Origin: Bacteroidota bacterium
GTDB lineage: Bacteria; Bacteroidota; Ignavibacteria; UBA10030; UBA6906
Direction: 5' to 3'
NCBI GenBank assembly: GCA_035506295.1
Contig: DATJPR010000130.1
Coordinates: 2,414 to 66,413 of the forward strand
DNA length: 64,000 bases
Shown here: in pieces, positions 10,965-20,482 of the stretch
Layout of the letters: the number at the start of each line of letters is the position of its first letter
Numbering within the stretch: the stretch's first letter is position 1
Notes under the pieces: generated by a model
What the model saw: the letters and a program-made list of their open reading frames with translations, nothing else
Databases searched by the model: none
What the model was told of the DNA's origin: nothing
Program-made: the position numbers and the translations under genes

Positions 10965-12614
10965 TCAGTATGTCCTCAAAGGCGTCCGCTGACAGTGCCC
11001 TGCCAAAGGGAACCTCAATGTGAACTCAGTGCCGACATCGGATTTCATGGTCAAGGTTCCCCCGAGCTGGTCTGTCAGACTCCCCACGATAAGCATCCCA
11101 AATGAATCGGAATCTGCACCGTCCATGTCTCTCAGACCATCCGCACAGTCATCCGAAACAGAGATGCAAGCCTCTTCATCGATGGAACTAATCCCGATCC
11201 GGACGGAGCCGGGATAGACTGTTTTGATTGCCTTGGTGATCAACTCGCAAAGAATTAAGCCGCAAGGGACCGCTTGATCCAACCCGAGGGAAAAGCTTGG
11301 CCCCTGAGGCTGAATTTCTACCCTGGCATTTCTGTAGATGCTCATAAGGTGATCGGTGAGCTCACGACAATAGGTGAGAATGTCCATGAAGCCAGAGGAG
11401 TTGTCATTATACAAGAGTTCATGAACGAGCGCTATCGATCGGATTCGGCTCTGGCTATCAGTGAAACATGCTCGAAGTGTTGCATCCTTGACGCGTGAAG
11501 CCTGAAGATTCAGGAGGCTTGAAACTACCTGTAAGTTGTTCAGGATGTGATGGTGGACATCCCTTAGAAGAACCTTCTTTCCCGCGCAAGATTCACTCGA
11601 TTGATCGGCGGCCCGTTTTCGTCCGCTGACGTCATGAACAATGTACGCTCTGCCCAGGGATGTGCAGTCGAGCCCCTTGAGGATGTCCCCCGTGACTTCG
11701 CAATCCAAGCGAATACCACCATCCAATACCAAAGTATACTCGTGAGGGCCAAGAGGTCCTTCGAGTCTGAGGCTCAGATTTCGTCGAGCGATGCACTGTT
11801 CTTCGGGGGCAACGAAGGAAAGAACATTTCTGCCCAGAATCTTCTCTCTGGGAAGAAGCAGGAGAGCGGCATCGTTGACAAAGAGAATGTTGCCATCGAG
11901 GTCTGTTCGCAGAAACAGGTCAGGAAATGTGGCGATGATCTTGCGGCTGAACTCCTCTGCGGCTTGCGATGAGCCGTCGGCTGGTATGCGCTCACTGATT
12001 TCGCGAACGAAGACCAGTGTCATTTCCTGAGCTTCTTCATCTTCGAATGGGATCCAGGAGATATCGGCGACAAAATGTGTCCCGTTCGTGCGCTGGAGCA
12101 TAAACTGACCTGTAAATTCTCTGGCGTGACGGCCGCCCGGCCCCTCTCTATTGCCCGCCCACGGGCAGACAGTGGCGATATTCTCGCCGATGCAATGATC
12201 TTCTGGCGCGCTTAGAAACATCATGTTCACACAACGATTGCTTTCAATTACTTGTCCATCCCGGTCCATCAGGAGGACACCGTCTAACGTGTTATCGAAC
12301 AGCACTTCGAACCTTCTTCTCCAGGACTTCTCGAGCCGTTCTGCGCGATTCCGCTCTGATCGTTCATAGGCAAAGGCTGAAGCCCAGCCCAGCATTGGGC
12401 CACACACGGTCGCTCCCACTACAAGGATCAACGACAAATATCTGATGGTTCGCACTTCGGCATGCAGCTGTCCACAGATCGCAAACCACGAAAACAATTC
12501 ATCGGGTACAAACATCCAACTCACGCTCACAGCGAGAAAGAGGACAATGATCGCAGTCGCGATCTTCCTCGGATCCCCAACTCGCTGTTTCAGGAACCCT
12601 TTCTCCATCTTCAT
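10965..12614 (-). CDS. Membrane sensor histidine kinase, PAS-PAS-HisKA_2-HATPase
   Basis: Start placed at MKMEKGF (12614 or 12608), because the longer track ORF would overlap the upstream gene. Two TM segments, two PAS-like regions, HisKA_2 H-box HHHILNNLQVVSSLLNLQ, C-terminal ATPase. Confidence 0.85.
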   Translation of the reverse strand: MKMEKGFLKQRVGDPRKIATAIIVLFLAVSVSWMFVPDELFSWFAICGQLHAEVRTIRYLSLILVVGATVCGPMLGWASAFAYERSERNRAERLEKSWRRRFEVLFDNTLDGVLLMDRDGQVIESNRCVNMMFLSAPEDHCIGENIATVCPWAGNREGPGGRHAREFTGQFMLQRTNGTHFVADISWIPFEDEEAQEMTLVFVREISERIPADGSSQAAEEFSRKIIATFPDLFLRTDLDGNILFVNDAALLLLPREKILGRNVLSFVAPEEQCIARRNLSLRLEGPLGPHEYTLVLDGGIRLDCEVTGDILKGLDCTSLGRAYIVHDVSGRKRAADQSSESCAGKKVLLRDVHHHILNNLQVVSSLLNLQASRVKDATLRACFTDSQSRIRSIALVHELLYNDNSSGFMDILTYCRELTDHLMSIYRNARVEIQPQGPSFSLGLDQAVPCGLILCELITKAIKTVYPGSVRIGISSIDEEACISVSDDCADGLRDMDGADSDSFGMLIVGSLTDQLGGTLTMKSDVGTEFTLRFPLAGHCQRTPLRTY

Positions 12615-12667
12615 TCGCCTTCTTGCGAAACTCCTGTAATATGTAGAGTCTAAAATCCACGGCTGAA

Positions 12668-13066
12668 TCAGTTCGTGCCCCCCGTCCACCATTCTGAATC
12701 TTTCAAGTCTGAGAGTTCCTGGAGTGCCAGGCACAGTTCCCCTTTGTCCTGAGGAAGCTGGAACCAAAAATCGATTCCTTTCGCCCTGAACGCCTGCGGA
12801 GGTGGCGGTCCTGTCAGCGTTGAGATCATGATGATGGTTCCTCTCCAGTTGCGTGATGCGATGTCCTCCACGACATCAATTGCCTGACCATCGAGAAGGA
12901 CATCTTCCAGGATAACAATGTCAGGTCGCAACCTGACTATGACCGAAACCGCCTCCGCAGCACGTCGGGAGTGCCCAAGAAGGTCGAACGACGCCGCGTG
13001 TTCTATGAGTGCCTGGATGACGATCAAGCCTGCGGATCGAGAACCGAACGCGAAATACACTGTCAT
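12668..13066 (-). CDS. Degenerate receiver-like (pseudo-receiver) single-domain protein
   Basis: 132 aa with a CheY-like alternating pattern (PDIVILEDVLLDG, IIMIST, GIDFWFQLP), but the acidic pocket, phospho-Asp and conserved Lys positions are all substituted. Confidence 0.55.
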   Translation of the reverse strand: MTVYFAFGSRSAGLIVIQALIEHAASFDLLGHSRRAAEAVSVIVRLRPDIVILEDVLLDGQAIDVVEDIASRNWRGTIIMISTLTGPPPPQAFRAKGIDFWFQLPQDKGELCLALQELSDLKDSEWWTGGTN

Positions 13067-13235
13067 TGCTTTCTCACTCGAGAACCTGACGCAAGATCAG
13101 AAAGTGGGATCGTTTCTCCTATAGAAAGAAGACGGAATTCGCTGTAGAACTTTCCACTACTCAGCATGACGTAGGAGAATCGGATTCAGAGAAGAGGAAG
13201 AGAGAACAACGAAGGGCGAGACACACGGGGGAGTG

Positions 13236-13871
13236 TCAGAAATCTACGAGCTTGTGTTCCACAGCATATTTGACTAACTCTGCCGTTGTGTTGAGGTTCA
13301 TTTTGCCGAGGATGCGGGCACGATGCGTGCCCACTGTGGAAGTGCTAATCGAGAGACTTTCTGCAATTTGCGTCAGGGTTTTCCCCTGTCCGAGAAGACA
13401 AAGGATCTGAAATTCACGGTCGGAGAGCGCTTCGTGAGGGAATCGATGACGAGTTTCCCTGTCCTCAGTGGCCAGGTTTTGCACAAGAACGGACCCGACA
13501 TATTTATGCCCCCGGTTCACAGTGCGAATTGCCTCCAGGAGCTCCTCGGAGGGGCCGTTCTTTGTCAAGTACCCCCATGCGCCGAGGCTGAGGGAGCGAT
13601 CGACGTACTCTATCTCGGGATGCGTACTCAGTATAAGCACGCGCACCATCGGCAATTCAGCGTGAAGTTGTCGCAATACTTCGAGTCCGCTCTTTCCCGG
13701 AAGGGAGATATCCAGGACAAGGATATCAGGCCTGTCTGCCCGGGCCCTGGTCAGGGCCTCATCACCATCTCGTGCCTCGCCGATGATCTTGATGTCGGGC
13801 GCACGTTCCAACCTGGATCGAAGTCCCTCCAGAATGAGAGGGTGGTCATCGACAATAAGTATGCGAATCAT
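13236..13871 (-). CDS. NarL/FixJ (LuxR-type) response regulator
   Basis: Start at MIRILIVDDHPLILEGL. Intact receiver (DILVLDISLPGKSG, ILST, YLTKN) and LuxR HTH (LSDREFQILCLLGQGKTLTQIAESLSISTSTVGTHRARILGKM). Confidence 0.9.
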   Translation of the reverse strand: MIRILIVDDHPLILEGLRSRLERAPDIKIIGEARDGDEALTRARADRPDILVLDISLPGKSGLEVLRQLHAELPMVRVLILSTHPEIEYVDRSLSLGAWGYLTKNGPSEELLEAIRTVNRGHKYVGSVLVQNLATEDRETRHRFPHEALSDREFQILCLLGQGKTLTQIAESLSISTSTVGTHRARILGKMNLNTTAELVKYAVEHKLVDF

Positions 13872-13884
13872 GTTGCCTGCCTGT

Positions 13885-15969
13885 TTAGCTACCCGACTTC
13901 GGGAGTTGAATAACGGCCTCCGTTCCCGAGCCGACAACGAACGTCCGTCTCCCCCCGAACGGGTAGAGGCGCTCTTCGATACCTTTGAGGCCAAACGATC
14001 GGCTGCTCTGTATGGCGCTTTCAGAAATACCGATACCGTCATCCTTCACACTGAGAACAAATTCGTCGCGGGTTTCGCGCAAGGACACTTCCACGTGTGA
14101 AGCCTTTGCGTGTCGGGCAACGTTGGTTAGCAATTCGCCGAGGATTCTGAAGAGAGCGGTGGATCGGTCTTCGGAGATCTCCGGCTCCGAATCCGGAAGT
14201 GACAGGCTGCAAGAAACGCCAGTTCGTCGTCGAAACTCTTTCACCTGCCATCGGATGGCGGCAACCAACCCAAGCTCATCAAGAACCATCGGACGCAATT
14301 GCGCGGAGATTCTATGCACTGCCTGGATGGCACGATCGATGAGTTCAGGAAGCTCCCGGGTTTTCTCTGGTGCGTTGCCCCGGCGATGTCTTCCCGCCCG
14401 ATCTGCACCTTCAACACCCATCTTGATTGCGGTGAGAATCTGACCAAGTTCATCATGGATTTCACGCGCAATTGCTTTCCGCTCCTGTTCGCGTGTGGCT
14501 TCAAGACTGGAAGAGAGTGCGTGCAACTGGCTCATGGACTTTCGGAGCGCTTCTTCGGCACGCTTGCGCCCCGTAACGTCCCTGCTGATGCTGAACACGG
14601 AGATCACGTTTCCCCCGGGATCGATGGCCGGGAAAACCCGCCAATCAAAGATGAGCTGCTCCCCGGCGTTATGGAACTCGAATTCACCTTCAAAGGGGAT
14701 TTGCGATCGGTAGACGTTCTGGATTACCTGAAGTCTGTGCGTTGCTTCTTCTTCCGAGAATAGACTCACCTCGTCCAACCGTTTTCCCGCGAATTCTGGG
14801 GCAGGAGTCGGGCTCACCTGGCGGACGGCACTGTTCACGAAAATATAGTGCCCCGTCTGATCGAATCCAGCAATGATGTCGGGGGTGTTCTCAACCAGCG
14901 CCCTGTGGAACGATTCACTTTTGCGAAGTGCGTCGTCGGCGCGAACACGGTCGGTGATATCTTCGTAGACGCCGAGGACCCCACTGACTTCTCCTTTCTC
15001 ATCAAGAAGCGGAAACTTCGACGTGTCGATCCACAAACGACTTCCATCGGCTTGCTGCAGGGGTTCGATGACATGGAGACGCGGCGTGTTTTGCCGCATC
15101 ACCTGGAGATCATCATCGCGGTATGATTCAAGGTCGCGCACCGACCAGGGAAGATCGAAGTCTGTTTTTCCCGCCACTAGGTCCGGCCGATCGAGCCCCG
15201 CCGCCCGGGCGAAGACGGTGTTACAACCGATGTATGTGCTATTGCGATCCTTCCAGAACACGTATTGAGGTATGGAATTCAGGATGTTTGAGAGCATCGT
15301 CTTATGGCTAAGCAAAACAGCTCCTACGCGTTCGCGTTCGCGAAGCTCTTCCTGGGCCCGGTGCATTGAAAGGGCGACGGCTTTCGCCGCAAGGTACTGA
15401 AGGCTGGCGATGCCGATGAAAGTGCAAAAGATCCCAAACCAGTGTTCAAGGGGAAACGGTGCGGTGAGACTGTTCGAGAGATAGAAGGAGTTCTGGACGA
15501 TGGCCAGTGCGAGCGTCAAGAGCGAGCTCACCAATGCAGTGACGATGCCAGCCTTTTCCCCAAGAAGGAGGCCTGCGGCGACGATAAGGATTGCGTACCA
15601 CCCTGCAGCGACAGAACGGACTCCCCCGTCCACCACGACAATCGCTGTCACAAGAAGAAACCCTCCAAGGAGAAATAGACGACTCGCCAGCCGAGTCTTG
15701 CCTTTTGCATTGAGGAGGAGCAATGCGATCCATTGCAGATAGCCGAATCCTACCCCGACAGCATACCGCGGGTAATGGTCAAGGCCGAAGAGGATGGGTG
15801 ACGCTACAAGGATGAGCGTTCCTACGCCGATCAAGGTCCAGAGAATTGCTCGAAGGTGTTCTGCAACTCTCGGATTCACCTCGTCCCGATGAGGGGAATC
15901 CGCAACAATTGAGCTCCGTGTGTCCATGGCTTTGTGTGCACTGTAAATGTCGACTTCTTTGTGAAGCAA
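13885..15969 (-). CDS. Membrane sensor histidine kinase, multi-TM/PAS-PAS/HisKA_3/HATPase
   Basis: 694 aa. About 6 N-terminal TM helices, two PAS regions, HisKA_3 H-box REIHDELGQILTAIKM, ATPase LRILGELLTNVARHA. It ends 13 nt before the LuxR regulator gene. The exact start is uncertain. Confidence 0.85.
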   Translation of the reverse strand: MLHKEVDIYSAHKAMDTRSSIVADSPHRDEVNPRVAEHLRAILWTLIGVGTLILVASPILFGLDHYPRYAVGVGFGYLQWIALLLLNAKGKTRLASRLFLLGGFLLVTAIVVVDGGVRSVAAGWYAILIVAAGLLLGEKAGIVTALVSSLLTLALAIVQNSFYLSNSLTAPFPLEHWFGIFCTFIGIASLQYLAAKAVALSMHRAQEELRERERVGAVLLSHKTMLSNILNSIPQYVFWKDRNSTYIGCNTVFARAAGLDRPDLVAGKTDFDLPWSVRDLESYRDDDLQVMRQNTPRLHVIEPLQQADGSRLWIDTSKFPLLDEKGEVSGVLGVYEDITDRVRADDALRKSESFHRALVENTPDIIAGFDQTGHYIFVNSAVRQVSPTPAPEFAGKRLDEVSLFSEEEATHRLQVIQNVYRSQIPFEGEFEFHNAGEQLIFDWRVFPAIDPGGNVISVFSISRDVTGRKRAEEALRKSMSQLHALSSSLEATREQERKAIAREIHDELGQILTAIKMGVEGADRAGRHRRGNAPEKTRELPELIDRAIQAVHRISAQLRPMVLDELGLVAAIRWQVKEFRRRTGVSCSLSLPDSEPEISEDRSTALFRILGELLTNVARHAKASHVEVSLRETRDEFVLSVKDDGIGISESAIQSSRSFGLKGIEERLYPFGGRRTFVVGSGTEAVIQLPKSGS

Positions 15970-16086
15970 TTGTCCAGAACTTGCGCCTGGGGTACTTCTT
16001 TGTATTTCGTTCGATGTTCCAACGACGCGATGTGCGTTTCCATCATGGCAATTCCAGAATAGTCCTCGAGGCCGGTCAATCCTTCT

Positions 16087-16707
16087 TCATTGCAGAACTG
16101 TTTGGGCGATTGCGTTCGCCATCTGTGCAATCGTCCGGGTCACGTGGACTCTCGATGACCCCCACAAGAGTCGTTTGAGCAGCATGCCGACGATGAAGAG
16201 CTGCAAGATTTCAGAGACATCCCGTAAATTGACGGATGAGGAGATCACTTCCCGCGCCTGAAATTCCGCAAGCCGACCAATGAGATGTATTTCTCCTACG
16301 CGTGTCAGCTCTTTCATGAGGGAACGCTGGCGAGTAGGGGAGATGATCGTTCGTGAGAGTAGAAGTCGGAGGAATGCCGGATTCCGGCCGAATGCGTCGA
16401 TGGCTGCTGTGAGAAAGTTGACAATCTCCTGCTCTACCGTGTTGCCTGCGGGATACTCTGTCGCCTGTGTGTTGGCATCCCGTGCGGACTGAAGAATGAT
16501 TGCTCTCAGGAGGCCCTCTTTGCCTCCGAAGTAGCGGCTGATCAGAGCTTCATTGACGTCGGCATGCTCTGCGACCATCTTGGTCGAGGCCCCATCAAAG
16601 CCATGTCGCGAGAAGACATCGAGCCCGGAATGGACCAGCTTCTGCATGGTCTCCTCGCGGGAACCTCGTCTGCGGAGTGAGCGTCTTGTCCGTTGATGTG
16701 GTGCCAT
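16087..16707 (-). CDS. TetR/AcrR family transcriptional regulator
   Basis: 206 aa. N-terminal HTH FSRHGFDGASTKMVAEHADVNEALISRYFGGKEGLL. Confidence 0.85.
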   Translation of the reverse strand: MAPHQRTRRSLRRRGSREETMQKLVHSGLDVFSRHGFDGASTKMVAEHADVNEALISRYFGGKEGLLRAIILQSARDANTQATEYPAGNTVEQEIVNFLTAAIDAFGRNPAFLRLLLSRTIISPTRQRSLMKELTRVGEIHLIGRLAEFQAREVISSSVNLRDVSEILQLFIVGMLLKRLLWGSSRVHVTRTIAQMANAIAQTVLQ

Positions 16708-16741
16708 GGGTGTTCGCTTTGCGCTTTCAGGTTGTTGGTTG

Positions 16742-16759
16742 TAAGTAAATGCTTACTTA
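16742..16759. promoter_or_regulatory. Candidate TetR operator: perfect palindrome TAAGTAA-atgc-TTACTTA
   Basis: Read directly. It lies 35 nt upstream of the TetR start codon (16707, minus strand) and is followed by TATAGT. Confidence 0.4.
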
Positions 16760-17161
16760 ATATAGTGACCCACCTCCTCAAAGTCAAGCCCTGCTCTGGA
16801 CGATCGCGGGGAAGCCCATCGGGTCGACTGTCGCTCACCGCAGTTGGGAGATGAGGACCGGCCGGCGGAGCAGAGAGCCTGCTCGGGACAGTGATAACGG
16901 CGACTTCACATTCGATGGTGCTTGTTTGGGGAGCGCCTGTTCCTGCCGACTATTGTCGAGGATCAACCGTAACTCACGGCGATGAGAATGGGAGGTTGCA
17001 CGGTCAGGATGTACAAATGACCGGGTTTCAGAAAAATGTTGTGCTGGAACAACTTCAATGACACAAGCGGTTTGACTTGGAAATGTGATCTGAAATCCGC
17101 ATTTTTGCAGGAGTTCCAAGATTTTCCGTCTCCCACCACCAGAAAACTCCTCACCACTGCC

Positions 17162-17743
17162 ATGTTTGAAAGACTGCGGAATCAAGTCCTTGGGTCCGTG
17201 GAAATGTCGGAGGAAGATTTCCATCTCGGCACGACCATGATGATCCCCAAGAAGTTGAGGAAAAGACAATATCTCCTGCAGGCAGGAGACGTCTGCAGGT
17301 GGATCGCGTTCGTCTCGCAAGGCTGCTTGCGTCTTTACACGCTTGACGATCAAGGAAAAGAACACATCCAGAGGTTCGCGATTGAGGGTTGGTGGATCAC
17401 CGACACGGCAAGTTTCGAGGCAGGTGAGCCGGCGGCCTACAATATCGATGCGCTTGAAGATTCGGAGTTGCTCCTGCTCGATCATGGATCAGTCGAGAAG
17501 CTGTCATCTGCAAATCCGATGTGGGATCAGTACTACAAGCGAACTCTCGAAAATGACCTCAAAGACGCACTCCGAAGAATTTCAGACTTCGTGAGTGCAT
17601 CCGCCGAGGATAGGTATATGAATTTTCTCAGATTGTATCCCGACCTTTTCCAGCGAATTCCTCTGCACCAGATCGCTTCATACCTTGGCATCACGCCCCA
17701 ATCCTTGAGCCGCATCCGCCGCGAACTCGCCAACCGCAAGTAG
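17162..17743 (+). CDS. Crp/Fnr family transcriptional regulator
   Basis: Start placed at MFERLRNQV. cNMP-binding beta-barrel (LLQAGDVCRWIAFVSQGCLRLY) and C-terminal HTH (IASYLGITPQSLSRIRRELA). Confidence 0.8.
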   Translation: MFERLRNQVLGSVEMSEEDFHLGTTMMIPKKLRKRQYLLQAGDVCRWIAFVSQGCLRLYTLDDQGKEHIQRFAIEGWWITDTASFEAGEPAAYNIDALEDSELLLLDHGSVEKLSSANPMWDQYYKRTLENDLKDALRRISDFVSASAEDRYMNFLRLYPDLFQRIPLHQIASYLGITPQSLSRIRRELANRK

Positions 17744-17877
17744 CTTTCCCTTATCCTTACCAAAAGTTCATCACCTCCCTTACCCTTGGTTCAAGGAATT
17801 TCTCAGCATTTTTGAATGCGGCGCGGCTCGCGCTGATGTATCTTGTTGGCGCATCAAGCACCAACAGTCATCAAGCA

Positions 17878-18645
17878 ATGAGAGACACGGCGACGAAAAA
17901 GACAATCGCAATCCTGGGGGCTGGGGGACGGATGGGATCGGGGATTGCACGAAGCCTTGCACGGACAGGGTACCGTGTACTGCTCTCCGATGAGAGTGAG
18001 AACGGGCTCCTTCTCGCTTCCGAGAGACTTCCGTTTCTCCTTGGACAAATCAAGATAGGGGTCCCACAGGCGGATGTCGAAATCGCAACTTCGCTTAGAG
18101 AGGCGAGTTGGGAAGGGGACATCGTTATTCCCACCGTGCCCTATGAAGTGCAGGCTGAAGTCGCATCCAAGATCAAAGACGTTGTCACCGGCAAGATCGT
18201 CATCAGTACGACAAACCCGCTGAAGAAGACATGTGACGGACTCCTGACCCCTCCCACGACGAGCGCCGCTGAAGAGCTCGCGCAACACCTTCCGCATTCG
18301 AAGATCGTGAAGGCGTTCAATACCATCTTCCCCGCACAGATCGAAAGACCAACAGTTGCCGGTACGAATGTGGATGTGTTCGTCGCCGGAGATGACCGGG
18401 AGGCTGTATCGACAGTGGTGGAACTTGTCAAGGATGCGGGATTCAACCCCGTCCTCGTCGGGGGACTGGCAATGAGTCGGACGCTCGAGAACATGATGGT
18501 GCTCCTGATCAGCCTCTCAGCACGAAACCATTATCTCGGACCGGTGGGATGGAAGGTTGTGCACGACACCACAGATCAGATTGAGCAAGGTCAGCTCGAT
18601 ACAAATCCAATTGAAGATGAACGAAATGGACCGTCTCGCCACTGA
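17878..18645 (+). CDS. NAD(P)-binding oxidoreductase (F420_oxidored / NADPH-dependent F420 reductase-like fold)
   Basis: Rossmann IAILGAGGRMGSGIARSL and the family-typical C-terminal half (KAFNTIF...VFVAGDD...AGFNPVLVGGL). Start chosen at MRDTATKK and is uncertain. Confidence 0.75.
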   Translation: MRDTATKKTIAILGAGGRMGSGIARSLARTGYRVLLSDESENGLLLASERLPFLLGQIKIGVPQADVEIATSLREASWEGDIVIPTVPYEVQAEVASKIKDVVTGKIVISTTNPLKKTCDGLLTPPTTSAAEELAQHLPHSKIVKAFNTIFPAQIERPTVAGTNVDVFVAGDDREAVSTVVELVKDAGFNPVLVGGLAMSRTLENMMVLLISLSARNHYLGPVGWKVVHDTTDQIEQGQLDTNPIEDERNGPSRH

Positions 18646-19240
18646 ATTGACGAACACTCCTGACCTCATTATGAAACCTGAACAGTTGGACGCCATGTTT
18701 CGCCTCGCAGGCTTGCGCAAGAAACCTCTTCACGACGCACTTCGCATGCTGGGTTTGAATCCCTATGCTCCCAAAGTCTGGGCCGTAGAGGATCGGGCTC
18801 ATGTGGCTTCAGCAGTCGTAACTTCGATGCTGTATTGCTACGCTCCCGGCGTCCCGGATGGTACACAAATTGGTTGGCTGGCCCCGCAGTACGGTGGTCC
18901 GCACTGGTTCATCGCCTATCCTCTGGAGGACGTGCGGCCGTTCGATCGGAATATCCACATTGAACATACCTACGAAGGGGATCGGTACGTGATTATCGAT
19001 CTTCTCGGAGATGTCGCAGAAGAGGATTTTCGCTACGAGCTGGGACGCATCATGCCGAGGACAAGTGAGTACTGGCCGCCAATGATGGTGCAGTTCCTTG
19101 CGAAGCTCTACGGGTACGATTATAGGAATCCCTATCGAAGCAGCGAAGGCTGGACGCCGAGTCCTGAAGTGACGGCAGAGTGTGGATTCGGTGACAAGGA
19201 CTCTGCAAACGCGTCACACACAGCACTAGGTCGCCCGTGA
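18617..19240 (+). CDS. Hypothetical protein, no recognisable domain
   Basis: A ~200-aa ORF in the same orientation, tightly packed between the oxidoreductase and nucleotidyltransferase genes. Its stop overlaps the next start. The start is ambiguous (18617 or 18671). Confidence 0.5.
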   Translation: MNEMDRLATELTNTPDLIMKPEQLDAMFRLAGLRKKPLHDALRMLGLNPYAPKVWAVEDRAHVASAVVTSMLYCYAPGVPDGTQIGWLAPQYGGPHWFIAYPLEDVRPFDRNIHIEHTYEGDRYVIIDLLGDVAEEDFRYELGRIMPRTSEYWPPMMVQFLAKLYGYDYRNPYRSSEGWTPSPEVTAECGFGDKDSANASHTALGRP

Positions 19241-20274
19241 ACATGAACAATCACAATCAACATACTTGGGGGGTCATCCTCGCGGCAGGGGACGGCACAC
19301 GGCTTCAACCCTTCGTTCGGTCTCGCTATCATCTCACGTGTCCAAAGCAGTTCTGTGCGTTCACCGGGTCTCGTTCACTGCTGAGGCACACGATCGATCG
19401 CGTGGAGACGATCATTCCTCGGCAACAGCTTGTGACCATTGTCGGTCGTCGTCATATGAAGTATGCAGAACCGCAGCTGGCTGACCGACCTCCGGATACA
19501 GTACTTATGCAGCCGCGCAATCGCGAGACGGCCCCCGGGATCCTTCACTCCCTGTTGCGGATTAACCGTCGTGATCCAGAGGCGGTGGTATGCCTTTTCC
19601 CTTCAGACCAGTTCATTCTCGAAGAGCGCCGATTCATGGCTTGCGTTCGTAGGGCGACAAGAATTGCGTCAGTGTATCCCGGCTCTCTCATTCTTCTTGG
19701 CGTACAGCCGACGTTCGTGGAGGATGGCTACGGCTGGATTGAGAAAGGGGAGAGACTCTCCGGGGAGAGCGCGGGGCAGGTCTACCGCGTACATCGGTTC
19801 ATTGAAAAGCCCGATATGCGGATGGCACAGGTCCTGTACCTCACCGGGAGCCTGCTGAACACAATGGTCGTCGTGTGCCGCGCGCAAACCCTGCTCAATC
19901 TCTTTGAGAGGAATACACCATCCTTGTTCGCCGAGTTCAGCAAGATCAAATACTCTCTCGACACACCCATGGAAGCTGAGCTTCTCGACTCATTGTATGC
20001 GCGAATCCCGGCAGTGAACTTCTCCTATGCAATCCTCGAACGGAATCCGGAAGAGCTTCGTGTCCTCGAAGTTAGGAATGTGTACTGGAGCGATTGGGGT
20101 GTTCCTGAAAGAGTCGAATTCGATCTCAAGACCTTTTTCGCTCCGGCTGCCCGAACTGCCAGGACACCTATCGCCGAAGCTGAAGACCCGAGAGAGGCGA
20201 GGAGAATCAGCGTGCATGCAGGAGCATCCTTTGGTGACGCGGCATCGAGGACACGATGGCAGAATCCACTCTAG
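19237..20274 (+). CDS. Sugar-phosphate nucleotidyltransferase (mannose-1-phosphate guanylyltransferase-like)
   Basis: N-terminal GVILAAGDGTRLQPF signature, then PRNRETAPGIL and GYGWIEKGE, typical of ManC-type NTP transferases. Confidence 0.8.
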   Translation: MNMNNHNQHTWGVILAAGDGTRLQPFVRSRYHLTCPKQFCAFTGSRSLLRHTIDRVETIIPRQQLVTIVGRRHMKYAEPQLADRPPDTVLMQPRNRETAPGILHSLLRINRRDPEAVVCLFPSDQFILEERRFMACVRRATRIASVYPGSLILLGVQPTFVEDGYGWIEKGERLSGESAGQVYRVHRFIEKPDMRMAQVLYLTGSLLNTMVVVCRAQTLLNLFERNTPSLFAEFSKIKYSLDTPMEAELLDSLYARIPAVNFSYAILERNPEELRVLEVRNVYWSDWGVPERVEFDLKTFFAPAARTARTPIAEAEDPREARRISVHAGASFGDAASRTRWQNPL

Positions 20275-20482
20275 GCGTACCCACAACTGATTGAGGGTGT
20301 CCCATGGAAGAAACATTCAGAAAAATGAAATCGCCAGACAATGTCAAAACCCAGATAGCGGTGTTTGTGATTGTCTCCGCGATATTCTTCGCGATCCAAA
20401 TTCGCCCAGTGTAGTGTTCGGTAGCAATGTCCACACGGGACAGAGCATGCCCTTAGACTTAGCAACCATTGACGGAGGTCCT

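Noticed and set aside
16835-17485. 216-aa minus-strand ORF in and beyond the TetR-Crp intergenic region.
   Set aside because: It overlaps the Crp gene's cNMP-binding domain on the other strand, has no motif and has no plausible start context. The non-overlapping part is better explained as the divergent promoter region.
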